DNA from: a virus
Taxonomy: Duplodnaviria; Caudoviricetes
DNA: 64,000 nt
IMG/VR virus record: IMGVR_UViG_3300044836_000034
Coordinates: 1,330 to 65,329 of that record
Reading direction: 5' to 3' (one strand)
In this document: positions 34,315-43,631 of the stretch, piece by piece
Position numbering within the stretch: position 1 is the first letter of the stretch
How the letters are laid out: every line of letters starts with the position of its first letter
The notes under the pieces: model-generated
Told to the model about the DNA's origin: nothing
The model's input: only the letters and a program-made list of their open reading frames with translations
Database searches by the model: none
Position numbers and translations under genes: made by a program

Positions 34315-34864
34315 GGTCGAGACCGGGCTGATAGACATTGACCTCGTCCAGAATGACCCCTCTAACGAGTGGGCGCACGAGGGCGAGCAGCTCGACGTGC
34401 TCCGGATGAGCCTCACGCTCTTCGGCCAGCAGCGGGACATAGTCATTGACGGCCGCAACGTCTGCGTGGCCGGACACGGCGTCTTGAAGGCCGCGCGCAG
34501 CCTCGGCTGGAAACAGATCGGGTACGAGCGCACGCAGCTCGAAGGCCACGCGCGCGACTCTTACCGTATCGGCGATAACGTACTCGCCTCGCTCCGACAG
34601 CTCGACCTCGCAATCTACACCGCCAACGTCCGCGCGATCGCGGAGGAGATGGGCGAGCAGTTCGACCCGCTCGTCCTGGGCCTCCGGCCCGCGGAGTTCG
34701 CACACTTGACGAACGTCGTCGGCGCGCGGGAGGAAGCGCGCCTCGATGAAGGGAAGCTCGTCACGCTCAAGGTCGCCGGGGTGAAGGCGTCGGACAGGTT
34801 TCAAATACTCTCGCTCGTCGAGAGAGTACTGGAGGGCACGGACTATGCAGCCAGAATGTACTGA
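34295..34864 (+). CDS. ParB/Srx N-terminal domain protein, paralog 2
   Basis: DPSNE...FGQQRDIVID...VAGHG; shares KVAGV...LEGT.YAAR C-terminus with paralog 1. Confidence 0.75.
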   Translation: MPPRAPEVETGLIDIDLVQNDPSNEWAHEGEQLDVLRMSLTLFGQQRDIVIDGRNVCVAGHGVLKAARSLGWKQIGYERTQLEGHARDSYRIGDNVLASLRQLDLAIYTANVRAIAEEMGEQFDPLVLGLRPAEFAHLTNVVGAREEARLDEGKLVTLKVAGVKASDRFQILSLVERVLEGTDYAARMY

Positions 34865-35756
34865 GCCGCGCCTGCCGGTGCTCGTCTCATACGCCTTCCT
34901 GAAAGACTCGCCCGCTCTGTGCGAGACGGTGCTGAACGCGCCGGGGGTCGAACTGCTCCTCGACTCCGGCGCGTTCACCGCCCTCAACGCGGGACAAGAA
35001 ATCAGGCTCGACCGATACATGGACTTTCTAGAAGAGTGGTCGCCCAAGCTCTTCGGCTACATGGCGCTGGACAAGTTGCAGGACCCGGTGACGACCGACG
35101 CAAACCTTCGCGTGATGCTCGACCAAGGTTTGAAGCCCATACCCGTCCACGTCTACGGCGACGACGGCGCGCGCATGGATCAACTCTTCGAGTGGTCGCC
35201 GTGGGTCGCGCTCGGAGGCTTGCGACGGCCGCACAGGGGCGCGGCCCCGCTCACTTACGTCAAGCAAAAGATGCACTGGGCGCGAGGCCGAAACGTGCAT
35301 TGGCTCGGCTACGTGAGACTGCCCGCCATCCGAGCCTTCAAGCCGTACTCGGTCGATTGCTCCTCTTTCGCCTCGGGAGTGCGTTACGGCAACGTGCAGG
35401 CTTACGCGGGGCGCGGACGCTGGCTCAACTTTAGTCACGAGCAGGTCGTCGCGGAGAAGCCATACCTTCAGGCGGAGGTGCGCGCGCTGCTCGAACACTA
35501 CGGCATACCCGTCGAGCACTTCGTAGACCCGCGCTACTGGAGGAACGCGGGGAAGGGGACGGGGATTAACTCGCGCGAGTCGGTAGCCATGCGGCTGCCG
35601 TGCCGCTCGTGGGTTCGTTACGTGATGGAGGTCAAGCAGGAGTTCGGCACGCGCATATTCATGGCGAGCCTGCCTGCGACGCTGCCGCACGTTCTCGACG
35701 CATTCGATTGGTGGAAAGGGAAACATGCTCAAGGTCAGGGTCTACGCGACAACTAG
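34845..35756 (+). CDS. dpdA: DpdA-type DNA deazaguanine transglycosylase (TGT-like)
   Basis: LLLDSGAFT, ALDKL, IPVHV, VALGGL, VHWLG, SVDCSS; adjacent to folE/queD/queE. Confidence 0.8.
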   Translation: MQPECTEPRLPVLVSYAFLKDSPALCETVLNAPGVELLLDSGAFTALNAGQEIRLDRYMDFLEEWSPKLFGYMALDKLQDPVTTDANLRVMLDQGLKPIPVHVYGDDGARMDQLFEWSPWVALGGLRRPHRGAAPLTYVKQKMHWARGRNVHWLGYVRLPAIRAFKPYSVDCSSFASGVRYGNVQAYAGRGRWLNFSHEQVVAEKPYLQAEVRALLEHYGIPVEHFVDPRYWRNAGKGTGINSRESVAMRLPCRSWVRYVMEVKQEFGTRIFMASLPATLPHVLDAFDWWKGKHAQGQGLRDN

Positions 35757-36051
35757 ATTCGAGGGCTTTCACCGCTGGCCCGACGCGCCGGATGAAGTTG
35801 CATTTCTGCGCAACCGTCACAGGCACGTCTTCCACGTCCGCGCCGAGAAGGCTGTCAGCCACGACGACCGCGACGTTGAATTCATTCTGCTCAAGCGCGC
35901 GGTCGAGGCTGAGATCAAGACCGTCTCACTCGAAGAGGAAACGGAGACGTGGTCTTGCGAGAGGTGGGCTAGTGAGCTGCTTCAGCGGCTTCAACTGGAC
36001 AAGGTAGATGTGAGCGAGGACGGCGAGAACGGCGCCGTAGTCGAACGATGA
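35725..36051 (+). CDS. dpdL: QueD-like T-fold protein (DpdL-type putative CDG decarboxylase)
   Basis: LRNRHRHVF fits LxxxHRHxF; SCE; VSEDGENGA. Confidence 0.7.
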   Translation: MLKVRVYATTRFEGFHRWPDAPDEVAFLRNRHRHVFHVRAEKAVSHDDRDVEFILLKRAVEAEIKTVSLEEETETWSCERWASELLQRLQLDKVDVSEDGENGAVVER

Positions 36052-36743
36052 AAGACACGAAGATCTTCACGCGCACAAACATTAAGACGGCGGCGCTCGT
36101 GGCGAGCTACCTCGGCGCGATAGTCGCGGCGAACATTGCAGTCGCCCACTTCGGCCCGGCTGCGTTGCTGTTCACGGCCGTGCTGCTCATTCCGTTCGAC
36201 CTGTGCGCGCGCGACCTTCTACATGAACGGTGGCACGAGTACGGCGGCCTCCTGCCTAAGATGGCCGTCCTTGTCGCCGCGGGCTCGCTCCTCTCCTACC
36301 TGGCGAGCCCATCATCCGGCCGAGTCGCGCTCGCCTCGTGCGCGGCCTTCGGCACAGCGGCCACCGTTGACACCGCCGTCTACCAGCTCCTAGCGCGGTG
36401 GCCTAAGCAGTGGAAGATGAACGCTTCGAACTTCTGCTCGGCAATAACAGACTCGATCATCTTCCCCATCGTCGCGTTCGGCTCTACGACGCTCCGGCTC
36501 TCGGCGGGTCAGTCGGCCGCCAAGTTCGCAGGCGGCATCTTCTGGACGTGGCTCTTCGTCGGGTACTTGCGCCGGCGCGCGGAGAGGCGAGTCGAACGGA
36601 GGCTCGAAGAGAACCTGATGCGAGCCGGGCTGCTGAAGCACAGGCGTCCGCCAATAACAGACTTCAGCGCTTACGAGGGACGCACACCGATTCAGGTCAA
36701 GGGCAGACCTGTTTCTGAGACGATCATCGAGGACAGAAGGTAA
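36048..36743 (+). CDS. yhhQ: VUT/YhhQ family deazaguanine-precursor transporter
   Basis: Multi-TM; IVAAN, DLCARDLLHE, SAITDSIIF, AAKF. Confidence 0.75.
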   Translation: MKDTKIFTRTNIKTAALVASYLGAIVAANIAVAHFGPAALLFTAVLLIPFDLCARDLLHERWHEYGGLLPKMAVLVAAGSLLSYLASPSSGRVALASCAAFGTAATVDTAVYQLLARWPKQWKMNASNFCSAITDSIIFPIVAFGSTTLRLSAGQSAAKFAGGIFWTWLFVGYLRRRAERRVERRLEENLMRAGLLKHRRPPITDFSAYEGRTPIQVKGRPVSETIIEDRR

Positions 36744-36745
36744 GC

Positions 36746-37240
36746 ATGTACATCATTCGCAAATTTTTCAGCTTCGAAGCCGCGCACAAGCTCTCCGGCC
36801 TGCGGAAGGGGCACAAGTGCGGCACACTTCACGGCCACACCTACGGCGTCACGGTGGAACTCCAGTCGGCGACGCTCGACCGACGCGGCTTCGTCAGAGA
36901 CTACGGCGATCTTAAAGCTCTGAAGACCCACATCGACATTTACCTCGATCACAGCTACCTGAACGAGGTCGCCGAGAAAAAGGGCTTCGAACTGCTGCGG
37001 CAGCCGACCGCAGAGAACATCGCGCACTACCTCTACGACTGGTGCGCGCGGCGCTGGCCTGAAGTCTCGGCCGTCGTCGTTAGCGAAACACAGGCGACGA
37101 CCGCCGAGTACAGGCCGGTCGTGTCTCAGTGGCAGGTTGCCAGCGCGGCCTTCGGAGAGTTTATTGCCGCGTACTCGAAGGGTGATGACGAGGCCTCGGC
37201 CGCGGCTCTCAAGAAAATAGAGCGAGCCCTGCGCTCGTAA
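36746..37240 (+). CDS. queD: 6-carboxytetrahydropterin synthase
   Basis: FEAAH, KCGTLHGHTY, LDHSYLN, PTAENIA. Confidence 0.92.
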   Translation: MYIIRKFFSFEAAHKLSGLRKGHKCGTLHGHTYGVTVELQSATLDRRGFVRDYGDLKALKTHIDIYLDHSYLNEVAEKKGFELLRQPTAENIAHYLYDWCARRWPEVSAVVVSETQATTAEYRPVVSQWQVASAAFGEFIAAYSKGDDEASAAALKKIERALRS

Positions 37241-37249
37241 GGGGGAGAG

Positions 37250-38029
37250 TTGAAAGACCAAATCACCGTAAGTGAGATCTTCGGCGTGACGATTCAGGGC
37301 GAGGGGCCATTGCTCGGCGTGCCGACGGTCTTTGTCAGGACGGGAGGCTGTGAGTTCCGCTGCATCTGGTGCGACTCCATGCACGCGGTGGATCCGTCGA
37401 ACCGTCACGACTGGGAAAAGCTGTCGGCCGACGACGTACTCGAACGCGTCGTTGACATCACGCGCGGCTTCCCGTGCCTCGTCACTCTCTCCGGCGGCAA
37501 CCCGGCGCTGATGTCCTTGGGCGGCCTCATTGAGCGCGGTCACGAACTCGGCTACTCCTTCGCGCTCGAGACACAGGGCTCGACTGAGCGCGACTGGTTC
37601 GCAGCGCTGGATCACCTCGTGCTCTCCCCTAAAGGGCCTTCGTCGGGCATGAAGTTTGAGAAAAAGACTTTGCAGCGCTGCGTCGAGGCCGCGGGGAGTC
37701 AGACCGAGATCGCGTTAAAGCTCATCGTCTTCGGCGAAGAGGATTACCTGTTCGCGCGCGGCGTGCATGAGGACTTCGGCGAGCTACCGATGTACTTGCA
37801 GGCAGGCTCTCCCGTCCCGTCCGTCAAGATAGCGACGCGTCCACCGGTCGGAGGTGTCGCCGAGGCATACACGACCATTTTTAATCGCCTAGATAAGGCA
37901 GAGCTTCGAGAAGAGATAGCGCAGCGAACCATCTGGCTCGCGGGACGCGTGGCACAGGATCGCTGGTTCGACGTTCGCGTCGGCTGCCAGCTTCACACGA
38001 TGTTATGGGGGCACGAGCGTGGGGTCTAG
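37250..38029 (+). CDS. queE: 7-carboxy-7-deazaguanine synthase (radical SAM)
   Basis: EIFGVTIQGEG, CEFRCIWCD, LSGGNPAL, ETQG, QLH. Confidence 0.93.
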   Translation: MKDQITVSEIFGVTIQGEGPLLGVPTVFVRTGGCEFRCIWCDSMHAVDPSNRHDWEKLSADDVLERVVDITRGFPCLVTLSGGNPALMSLGGLIERGHELGYSFALETQGSTERDWFAALDHLVLSPKGPSSGMKFEKKTLQRCVEAAGSQTEIALKLIVFGEEDYLFARGVHEDFGELPMYLQAGSPVPSVKIATRPPVGGVAEAYTTIFNRLDKAELREEIAQRTIWLAGRVAQDRWFDVRVGCQLHTMLWGHERGV

Positions 38030-38630
38030 CAGTTCATCACTCTTAGAGGCGGAGGAGGCGACGACGACGGCGCCCGTCGTTGACTACGATTGGCTATTAA
38101 GGCTCGGCCGCGACTTCCTGCTTGCGGTAGGTGAAGACCCGGACAGGCCGGGCCTGAAGGACACGCCGCGACGCTTCGCAGAACACTGGCGCGAGTTCTT
38201 TGAATTCGACGCGGGGCGAATCGACACGGCCTTTCCAGAGAAGCACGCCGACGAAATGGTCATCGTGAGCGGCATCCCCGTTCACTCGTTCTGTGAGCAC
38301 CATCTGCTGCCCTTCAGCGCCTCGATCAGCATTGGCTACATCGCCGCCGACGAAGTACTCGGGCTGTCGAAGTTCGCGCGCATCGCGCTGAAGTACGCGC
38401 ACAGGCTCCAGCTCCAAGAGCGCCTCGTGCGTCAGATTGCTGAGCACGTGAGCCGCGCGACTAACTCGCCCGACGTGATTGTTGTCGCGCGCGGGTCTCA
38501 CTCGTGCATGAAGTGCCGGGGCGTCAAGAGCGACGGCGAGATGGTCTGCTCGAAGCTGCTCGGCCGATTCAAACACGACGCGGCGATGCGCGCCGAGTTC
38601 CTGACTCTCTCCTACGGAGGGCTGCGCTGA
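38019..38630 (+). CDS. folE: GTP cyclohydrolase I
   Basis: GLKDTPRR, SFCEHHLLPF, GLSKFAR, LQLQERL, HSCM. Confidence 0.93.
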   Translation: MGSSSSSLLEAEEATTTAPVVDYDWLLRLGRDFLLAVGEDPDRPGLKDTPRRFAEHWREFFEFDAGRIDTAFPEKHADEMVIVSGIPVHSFCEHHLLPFSASISIGYIAADEVLGLSKFARIALKYAHRLQLQERLVRQIAEHVSRATNSPDVIVVARGSHSCMKCRGVKSDGEMVCSKLLGRFKHDAAMRAEFLTLSYGGLR

Positions 38631-39061
38631 TGTCCGTTAAATGCTTCATGGTCGAAATGCTCGACGACACGAGCTACCGCAGCGCCGAGACCGGCGAGAC
38701 TTGGCCCGGCCTCTACGACCTGCCACCCGGCGCGATGTTTTGGTGGACGTTCGCGACTAGCGAGGTCAGCGACTGGCACCCGTACAACGGGCCGGAGGGC
38801 AAGTGCCTCGCGGTCATGCTGCCGAGCCGTAACGTCTGGCTCATAGACTCGGATGCGAAGAACTGCACCGACAAGGAAGACTTCCAGCGAGGCGGACATA
38901 AGTGCTGGATACGTCACGGCGCGCCGCCGCTCGTGACGGTTGATAAGCGCGCCGGCGTCGAGGGCGCGAGCGCGGAGAAGACGTGCGGCGCGGGCGCGGG
39001 CTCGATCCAGAGCGGCGAATATCACGGCTTCCTCCGCGGAGGATTTCTCGTTGCCTGTTGA
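38630..39061 (+). CDS. Hypothetical protein (Cys/His-containing)
   Basis: TGATG-coupled to folE. Confidence 0.6.
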   Translation: MSVKCFMVEMLDDTSYRSAETGETWPGLYDLPPGAMFWWTFATSEVSDWHPYNGPEGKCLAVMLPSRNVWLIDSDAKNCTDKEDFQRGGHKCWIRHGAPPLVTVDKRAGVEGASAEKTCGAGAGSIQSGEYHGFLRGGFLVAC

Positions 39062-39068
39062 GGTTGTT

Positions 39069-39572
39069 ATGAAAGACCGATTCACAGAAGAGCCTTACTT
39101 GGACGACGGCAGACCGGAAATCCTTTGCGTCTACGAGCGGCATCCTCTAACGCGCTCTGTTCGTGTGGTCGATTTCGAGTGGCGCGGGCCGGTGAACGAA
39201 CCGGTCAAGGTAACGGAGGAACATTTGCAGGCGACGGGCCTCGCCTTCGGTCTATTGCGTGACCGATTCCCTCCGGTCTTATCCTGCTTCCCTTGGCCCC
39301 TGCGGCGCGTTGACGTGGAGACCTTCTACGACATCTCGGCCATGTACGTTCGTACTGACCGCGGCTGGCGGAACTGGTATTACTACGCCGCCCGCGCCCG
39401 CGCGCGCCGCGCATGGCGTTGGTTCTTCGCCCGCCTCGTGTGGACGCTCGTCGTGTGGGGGCTGGCCGTCGTCGAACGGGGCACGTTCCCGACATGGGGC
39501 GACGTGCTGAAGCCGCAGCGGGAGTCCGCGAGGTGGAAACGGCTGAAGGGCCGACTGCGACGGCGGCGCTGA
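39069..39572 (+). CDS. Hypothetical protein, Trp/Arg-rich C-terminus
   Basis: GAGG RBS before ATG 39069. Confidence 0.5.
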   Translation: MKDRFTEEPYLDDGRPEILCVYERHPLTRSVRVVDFEWRGPVNEPVKVTEEHLQATGLAFGLLRDRFPPVLSCFPWPLRRVDVETFYDISAMYVRTDRGWRNWYYYAARARARRAWRWFFARLVWTLVVWGLAVVERGTFPTWGDVLKPQRESARWKRLKGRLRRRR

Positions 39573-39592
39573 TCATGCGTTGCTTTGATTAC

Positions 39593-39623
39593 CCCATGAA
39601 CGCTTGGGTACCCATGAACGCTT
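39593..39623. repeat. 13-bp direct repeat upstream of the terS genes
   Basis: CCCATGAACGCTT at 39593 and 39611. Confidence 0.8.
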
Positions 39624-39629
39624 CAAATC

Positions 39630-40178
39630 ATGCCTCTGTGCGAAATAGTCGAGAAGAACAAACCCGCCTGCGCGGAGCAGCTCGACGCGGAGGGCGTCTG
39701 CCCCGTCCACTGCCGCGCGGACACGCCCCAAGGGCCTTGCAAACGTCATCACAAACCGGGCCTGAGGCACTGCTACCAGCACGTCACGCTTCTCGACGCG
39801 CGCGCGGCCGTCGTCCAGCGCATCCAGAGTGGCGGCGAGTCTTCAACACTGCTTCAGGCGGCGCAGGCGTTCGAGGAGTTGGCCGAGGCGCAAGTCGAGC
39901 AGAAGCGCGACGCCGCACTGAAGGCGATTCAGCGGCTCGGACACCTCCTCCGCAGTGGCGCGGCCGACGCGGGCGAGAGCAACGTCCAGTTCGAGGTCGT
40001 CACCGTCGCGCTCGTCGAGCGCCTGTTTCAATTTGTCGCCGACGTGCTAAGGCGGCACGTCACCGACCCGGAGGCGGTCGCTGAAATCGAGTCCGGCCTC
40101 CTAAAGCTCGCGGGAGAGGCGGGCGACAGCCTGTTGCGACTCCGTACCTGGACGACGCCGGCTCGTCCCGACCGTTGA
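39630..40178 (+). CDS. Terminase small subunit paralog with internal deletion
   Basis: Aligns with 40224..40985 but lacks the HGG...LSLRKE block. Confidence 0.6.
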   Translation: MPLCEIVEKNKPACAEQLDAEGVCPVHCRADTPQGPCKRHHKPGLRHCYQHVTLLDARAAVVQRIQSGGESSTLLQAAQAFEELAEAQVEQKRDAALKAIQRLGHLLRSGAADAGESNVQFEVVTVALVERLFQFVADVLRRHVTDPEAVAEIESGLLKLAGEAGDSLLRLRTWTTPARPDR

Positions 40179-40223
40179 AGCAGGTCGAGCGTCACAACCC
40201 TATGGACGCGCAGCAACTTAATC

Positions 40224-40985
40224 ATGGCCCTATGCGGCATAGTCGAGAAGAACAAGCCAGCCTGCAAAGAGCGGCTCGACGAGGAGGGTGTGTGTCCCGT
40301 CCACTGCTCGGCGAAGACGCCGCACGGTCCCTGCAAGCGCCATCACAAAAAGGGGCGGCGGCGCTGCCACAAGCACGGGGGCAATTCGAAGCGGGGGATA
40401 GACCACCCCAATTACAGGGAAGGGAAGTACGTCAAGGAGCGCTACCGGGACTTCATAGACGACCCGGCCCTGTCCGAGGCGTTCGAGGACGCGGAGCAGT
40501 TTCACGACCAGCTCTCTCTCCGCAAGGAGATCACGCTGCTGGACGCACGCACCGCCGTCATCCTCCGCCGCCTTCAGCACGGCGAGGGGCCTTCGCTAAT
40601 CCGCCGCGCTCAGGAAGCCTTCGAGAAATTCGCCAGCGCGCAGGCCGCTAAGAAGCGCGACGCCGCGCTCGAAGCCATACAGCAGCTCGGGCAGCTCCTG
40701 CGCAGGGGCGTGGACGAGGAGGACGACTGGGAGAAGCTGGAGGAGCTGGCCTTCGAGCGCAGGCCGAAGTTGGTCGAGTCGGAGATTAAGCGGCAGCAAT
40801 TCCAAGTCGAAGTAATTCACATGATCGTCGTCGAGCGCATGCTTCAGCTCGTCGCCGAAGTAATCAGGCAGAATGTTAAAGATTCCACTGCCATCGAAAA
40901 CATCGAAACCGCCCTCGTTAGGATCGCTAGCGATGCGGCTGGCAGCCTTACTCCGGGAAGGCGCGCAGGCGGTCGAAGCCACTGA
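40224..40985 (+). CDS. terS: Terminase small subunit (HGGxSTG-like Zn domain)
   Basis: C...C...RRRCHKHGGNS; immediately upstream of terL. Confidence 0.65.
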   Translation: MALCGIVEKNKPACKERLDEEGVCPVHCSAKTPHGPCKRHHKKGRRRCHKHGGNSKRGIDHPNYREGKYVKERYRDFIDDPALSEAFEDAEQFHDQLSLRKEITLLDARTAVILRRLQHGEGPSLIRRAQEAFEKFASAQAAKKRDAALEAIQQLGQLLRRGVDEEDDWEKLEELAFERRPKLVESEIKRQQFQVEVIHMIVVERMLQLVAEVIRQNVKDSTAIENIETALVRIASDAAGSLTPGRRAGGRSH

Positions 40986-42678
40986 GGCCGAGACGAAGGC
41001 TGCGGATGAGGCTCGCTTGGTCGCGCCGCCCGACGTACTCGAGTGGGCGCGGATGTACCGCCGCATCGACAACAAGCCCTTCTCGCTCGCGCGATACAAG
41101 CCGCTTGAGCAGATCTACCGGGACACTCACCCGTACATGGTCATAAGGAAGCCCGCGCAGAAGGGCCTCTCCGAGTACGCCGTCACGCGGGCCTGTCACA
41201 AGCTCGACGTGGGCGCTAACTTCTTCGGCCTCGACAAGACGGGCCTCAACGTGGGCTACGTCTTCTCGACCTCCTCGGCCCTCAGCAACTTCTCCAAGGA
41301 GCGCTTCGCCGGACTCCGGATGGAGTCGGACAAGCTGTCGAACCTCTTCACGGTCTACGACGCGGTCGGCTTCAAGCAGGCGGGCGAGAGTTATCTATAC
41401 TTCGCCGGCGGCAAGTCCGTGAAGGCGATGAAGTCATTCGCGGCCGACGACCTCATCCTTGACGAGTTCGACGAGATAGAGCCCAACATCGTCGCTCTCG
41501 CCGAAATCCGCCTCAACGAATCGGAGCTCGCCTACCAACTGCGGCTCTCGACGCCGACCTTTCCGGGCAAGGGGATTGACGCGGAGTATCAGCAGTCCGA
41601 TCAGCACGAGTGGAAGGTGCGCTGCGGCATCTGCGGCGAGTGGTACGAGGTGGACTTCTTCCGCGACGTGCGCGCCAACGGTACGCACAACGAGACTTGG
41701 AAGGCGTGGCCGGTCGAGCGGCTGCACACGGCCTCGATGGACGTGGCGTGCCCGTCGTGCACGAAGACGGTTGATACCCTCGGAGAGGGGCACTGGGTCG
41801 CGCGCGAGCCGTCGAGGAAGCGCATACGCGGCTACAGCGTCCCGGCGCTCTCGTGCGGCAAAGTCAATCTCAACCGCCTGGCTGTGAAGTCTGTCAGCAC
41901 GGAGCCGCTCGTCGTTCAGGAGTTCTACCGCTCCGACCTCGGTTTGCCTTACGAGCCGAAGGGCGCGCGCGTCACGGACGCGATGTTGCGACAGTTGAGC
42001 GTCGAACTCCCGAACGGGCTTCTCCCGAACTACGCGTGGCGCAACGTGACGATGGGCGTGGACGTGGGCTCGCCGCGCTGGTACTTCCGCATCTCGGGCG
42101 AAGGCCCCGACACCAGGCGCTACGTCATAGCGATGGGCTACGTCGTCTCCGACCGCACACAGAACGGGTGGGCGAAGCTCTCGCAATTGATGGAGGCGTA
42201 CAGCGTTCGCAACTGCGTCGTCGATATGAACCCCGAGACGAACGCGAGCGCCGAGTGGGCCGACAAGCATTCCGGTCGCGTGCTGAGAGCTTACTACCCG
42301 ACGACGGCGACGGCGCTCAAAGGGCGTCTCTTCCGCCTGCCGGGCGAGGAGCCTGAGGACGCTGACCTTTCCGAGAAGCAGGCGGCGCACGCGGTGCAGG
42401 TCAACCGCACGATGGTCATGGACGCCGTTTTCAATGTCATCGCGTCGGGGCGCGAGATCTGGCCGGCTGTAATCCACAACGACCCCGAAGTCGTCGCGCA
42501 CATGAAGGCGCCGGTGCGCGTCGTCGTCACTGACAAGAATGGGAACGCGGAACCCCGTTGGGTTCACACGACGCCCGACGACTTCTATCACACGTGCGTC
42601 TACGACTACATCGCGCAGAACACTCTGCCGAAGTCCACCTTCGTCGGCGTCATGCCTTACACGGGGGAGGAGGAGTAA
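40933..42678 (+). CDS. terL: Terminase large subunit, lambda GpA-like
   Basis: [10 protein letters not shown] Walker A variant, LILDEFD, STPT, CxxC fingers, MGVDVG nuclease, DDFYH. Confidence 0.88.
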   Translation: MRLAALLREGAQAVEATEAETKAADEARLVAPPDVLEWARMYRRIDNKPFSLARYKPLEQIYRDTHPYMVIRKPAQKGLSEYAVTRACHKLDVGANFFGLDKTGLNVGYVFSTSSALSNFSKERFAGLRMESDKLSNLFTVYDAVGFKQAGESYLYFAGGKSVKAMKSFAADDLILDEFDEIEPNIVALAEIRLNESELAYQLRLSTPTFPGKGIDAEYQQSDQHEWKVRCGICGEWYEVDFFRDVRANGTHNETWKAWPVERLHTASMDVACPSCTKTVDTLGEGHWVAREPSRKRIRGYSVPALSCGKVNLNRLAVKSVSTEPLVVQEFYRSDLGLPYEPKGARVTDAMLRQLSVELPNGLLPNYAWRNVTMGVDVGSPRWYFRISGEGPDTRRYVIAMGYVVSDRTQNGWAKLSQLMEAYSVRNCVVDMNPETNASAEWADKHSGRVLRAYYPTTATALKGRLFRLPGEEPEDADLSEKQAAHAVQVNRTMVMDAVFNVIASGREIWPAVIHNDPEVVAHMKAPVRVVVTDKNGNAEPRWVHTTPDDFYHTCVYDYIAQNTLPKSTFVGVMPYTGEEE

Positions 42679-42704
42679 CACTTCATCAACAGGAGAGGAG
42701 CTTT

Positions 42705-43013
42705 ATGGCTACCAACATCAAACCACTGCACGACCGCGTTATCTTGAAGCGTATTGACGAAGGCGAACAGGTTCGGGGCGGCATCATCATCCCCGACACA
42801 GCGAAGGAGAAGCCGCAGGAGGGCGAGGTCATCGCCGTCGGCGACGGCAAGCGTAAGGACGACGGGGTTCGCGTCCCGCTCGATGTCAAAGCTGGCGACC
42901 GCGTGCTCTTCGGTAAGTACTCGGGTTCCGAGATCAGGATGGACGGCGACGAGTACCTGATCATGCGCGAGGACGAAATCCTCGGCATCATCGAGCGCGC
43001 GGGCACCAAATAA
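42705..43013 (+). CDS. groES: Co-chaperonin GroES
   Basis: [50 protein letters not shown]. Confidence 0.97.
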   Translation: MATNIKPLHDRVILKRIDEGEQVRGGIIIPDTAKEKPQEGEVIAVGDGKRKDDGVRVPLDVKAGDRVLFGKYSGSEIRMDGDEYLIMREDEILGIIERAGTK

Positions 43014-43023
43014 GGAAAAAGGA

Positions 43024-43380
43024 ATGACGCTCGAACAGTACATCGAAAATGATAAGCAAGCGGCGGCACAGGCCGGAGAGTTCGTGCTGCTCTATTACCG
43101 CAAGGGCTTGGGTACAGCGGGCGACCGCGGCCAGCTCGCGCGCTTCGCCGCTCACTTCGCATGCCGAGCGCGCTACTGGGAGAGCGAACAGTCGCGGCTC
43201 GATTCAATCGAGCACACCGTGCTGACACAGCACAGGCGCTGCGCGCCGGCTGGCGAGCCTACATTCTTCGGCCGCACAGAGCGGCAGATTCAGTATGAGG
43301 AAGAAGACCGAAAGTTCTTCCACCGAAAACAGTGGGAGTGGTTTAACGGCCACACTGACAACGTCGCTCGGGCGGCGTGA
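43024..43380 (+). CDS. Hypothetical protein
   Basis: 118 aa, AAGGA RBS. Confidence 0.55.
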   Translation: MTLEQYIENDKQAAAQAGEFVLLYYRKGLGTAGDRGQLARFAAHFACRARYWESEQSRLDSIEHTVLTQHRRCAPAGEPTFFGRTERQIQYEEEDRKFFHRKQWEWFNGHTDNVARAA

Positions 43381-43392
43381 GGGAAGGGGCAT

Positions 43393-43596
43393 ATGGATAT
43401 CAAATCAGAGGCGACCGTGCCTAAGAACGGCGATGACGTGACGCATTACCTGAAGGACGGCCAGACGCCCTGTCCGATAGCGCAGGAATGGGGCCTGCCG
43501 CCGGGCTGGCCGCGCAATCAAGTTTGGTCGCAGCGCTGGAGCGACGTTACGTGTCCAGAGTGCTTGACGGCGAAGCCTGAGAGCGAAGCCAGCTAA
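43393..43596 (+). CDS. Hypothetical small Zn-binding protein
   Basis: H...C...TCPEC. Confidence 0.5.
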   Translation: MDIKSEATVPKNGDDVTHYLKDGQTPCPIAQEWGLPPGWPRNQVWSQRWSDVTCPECLTAKPESEAS

Positions 43597-43631
43597 CGGT
43601 AAAAGTTCGACTCGACCGAGGAGCAAAAACT

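Noticed and set aside
34845-35756. Host-type tRNA-guanine transglycosylase (tgt)
   Set aside because: Short, divergent, lacks the C-terminal Zn-binding CxCxxC motif, and sits in phage ParB/terminase context, which fits DpdA.
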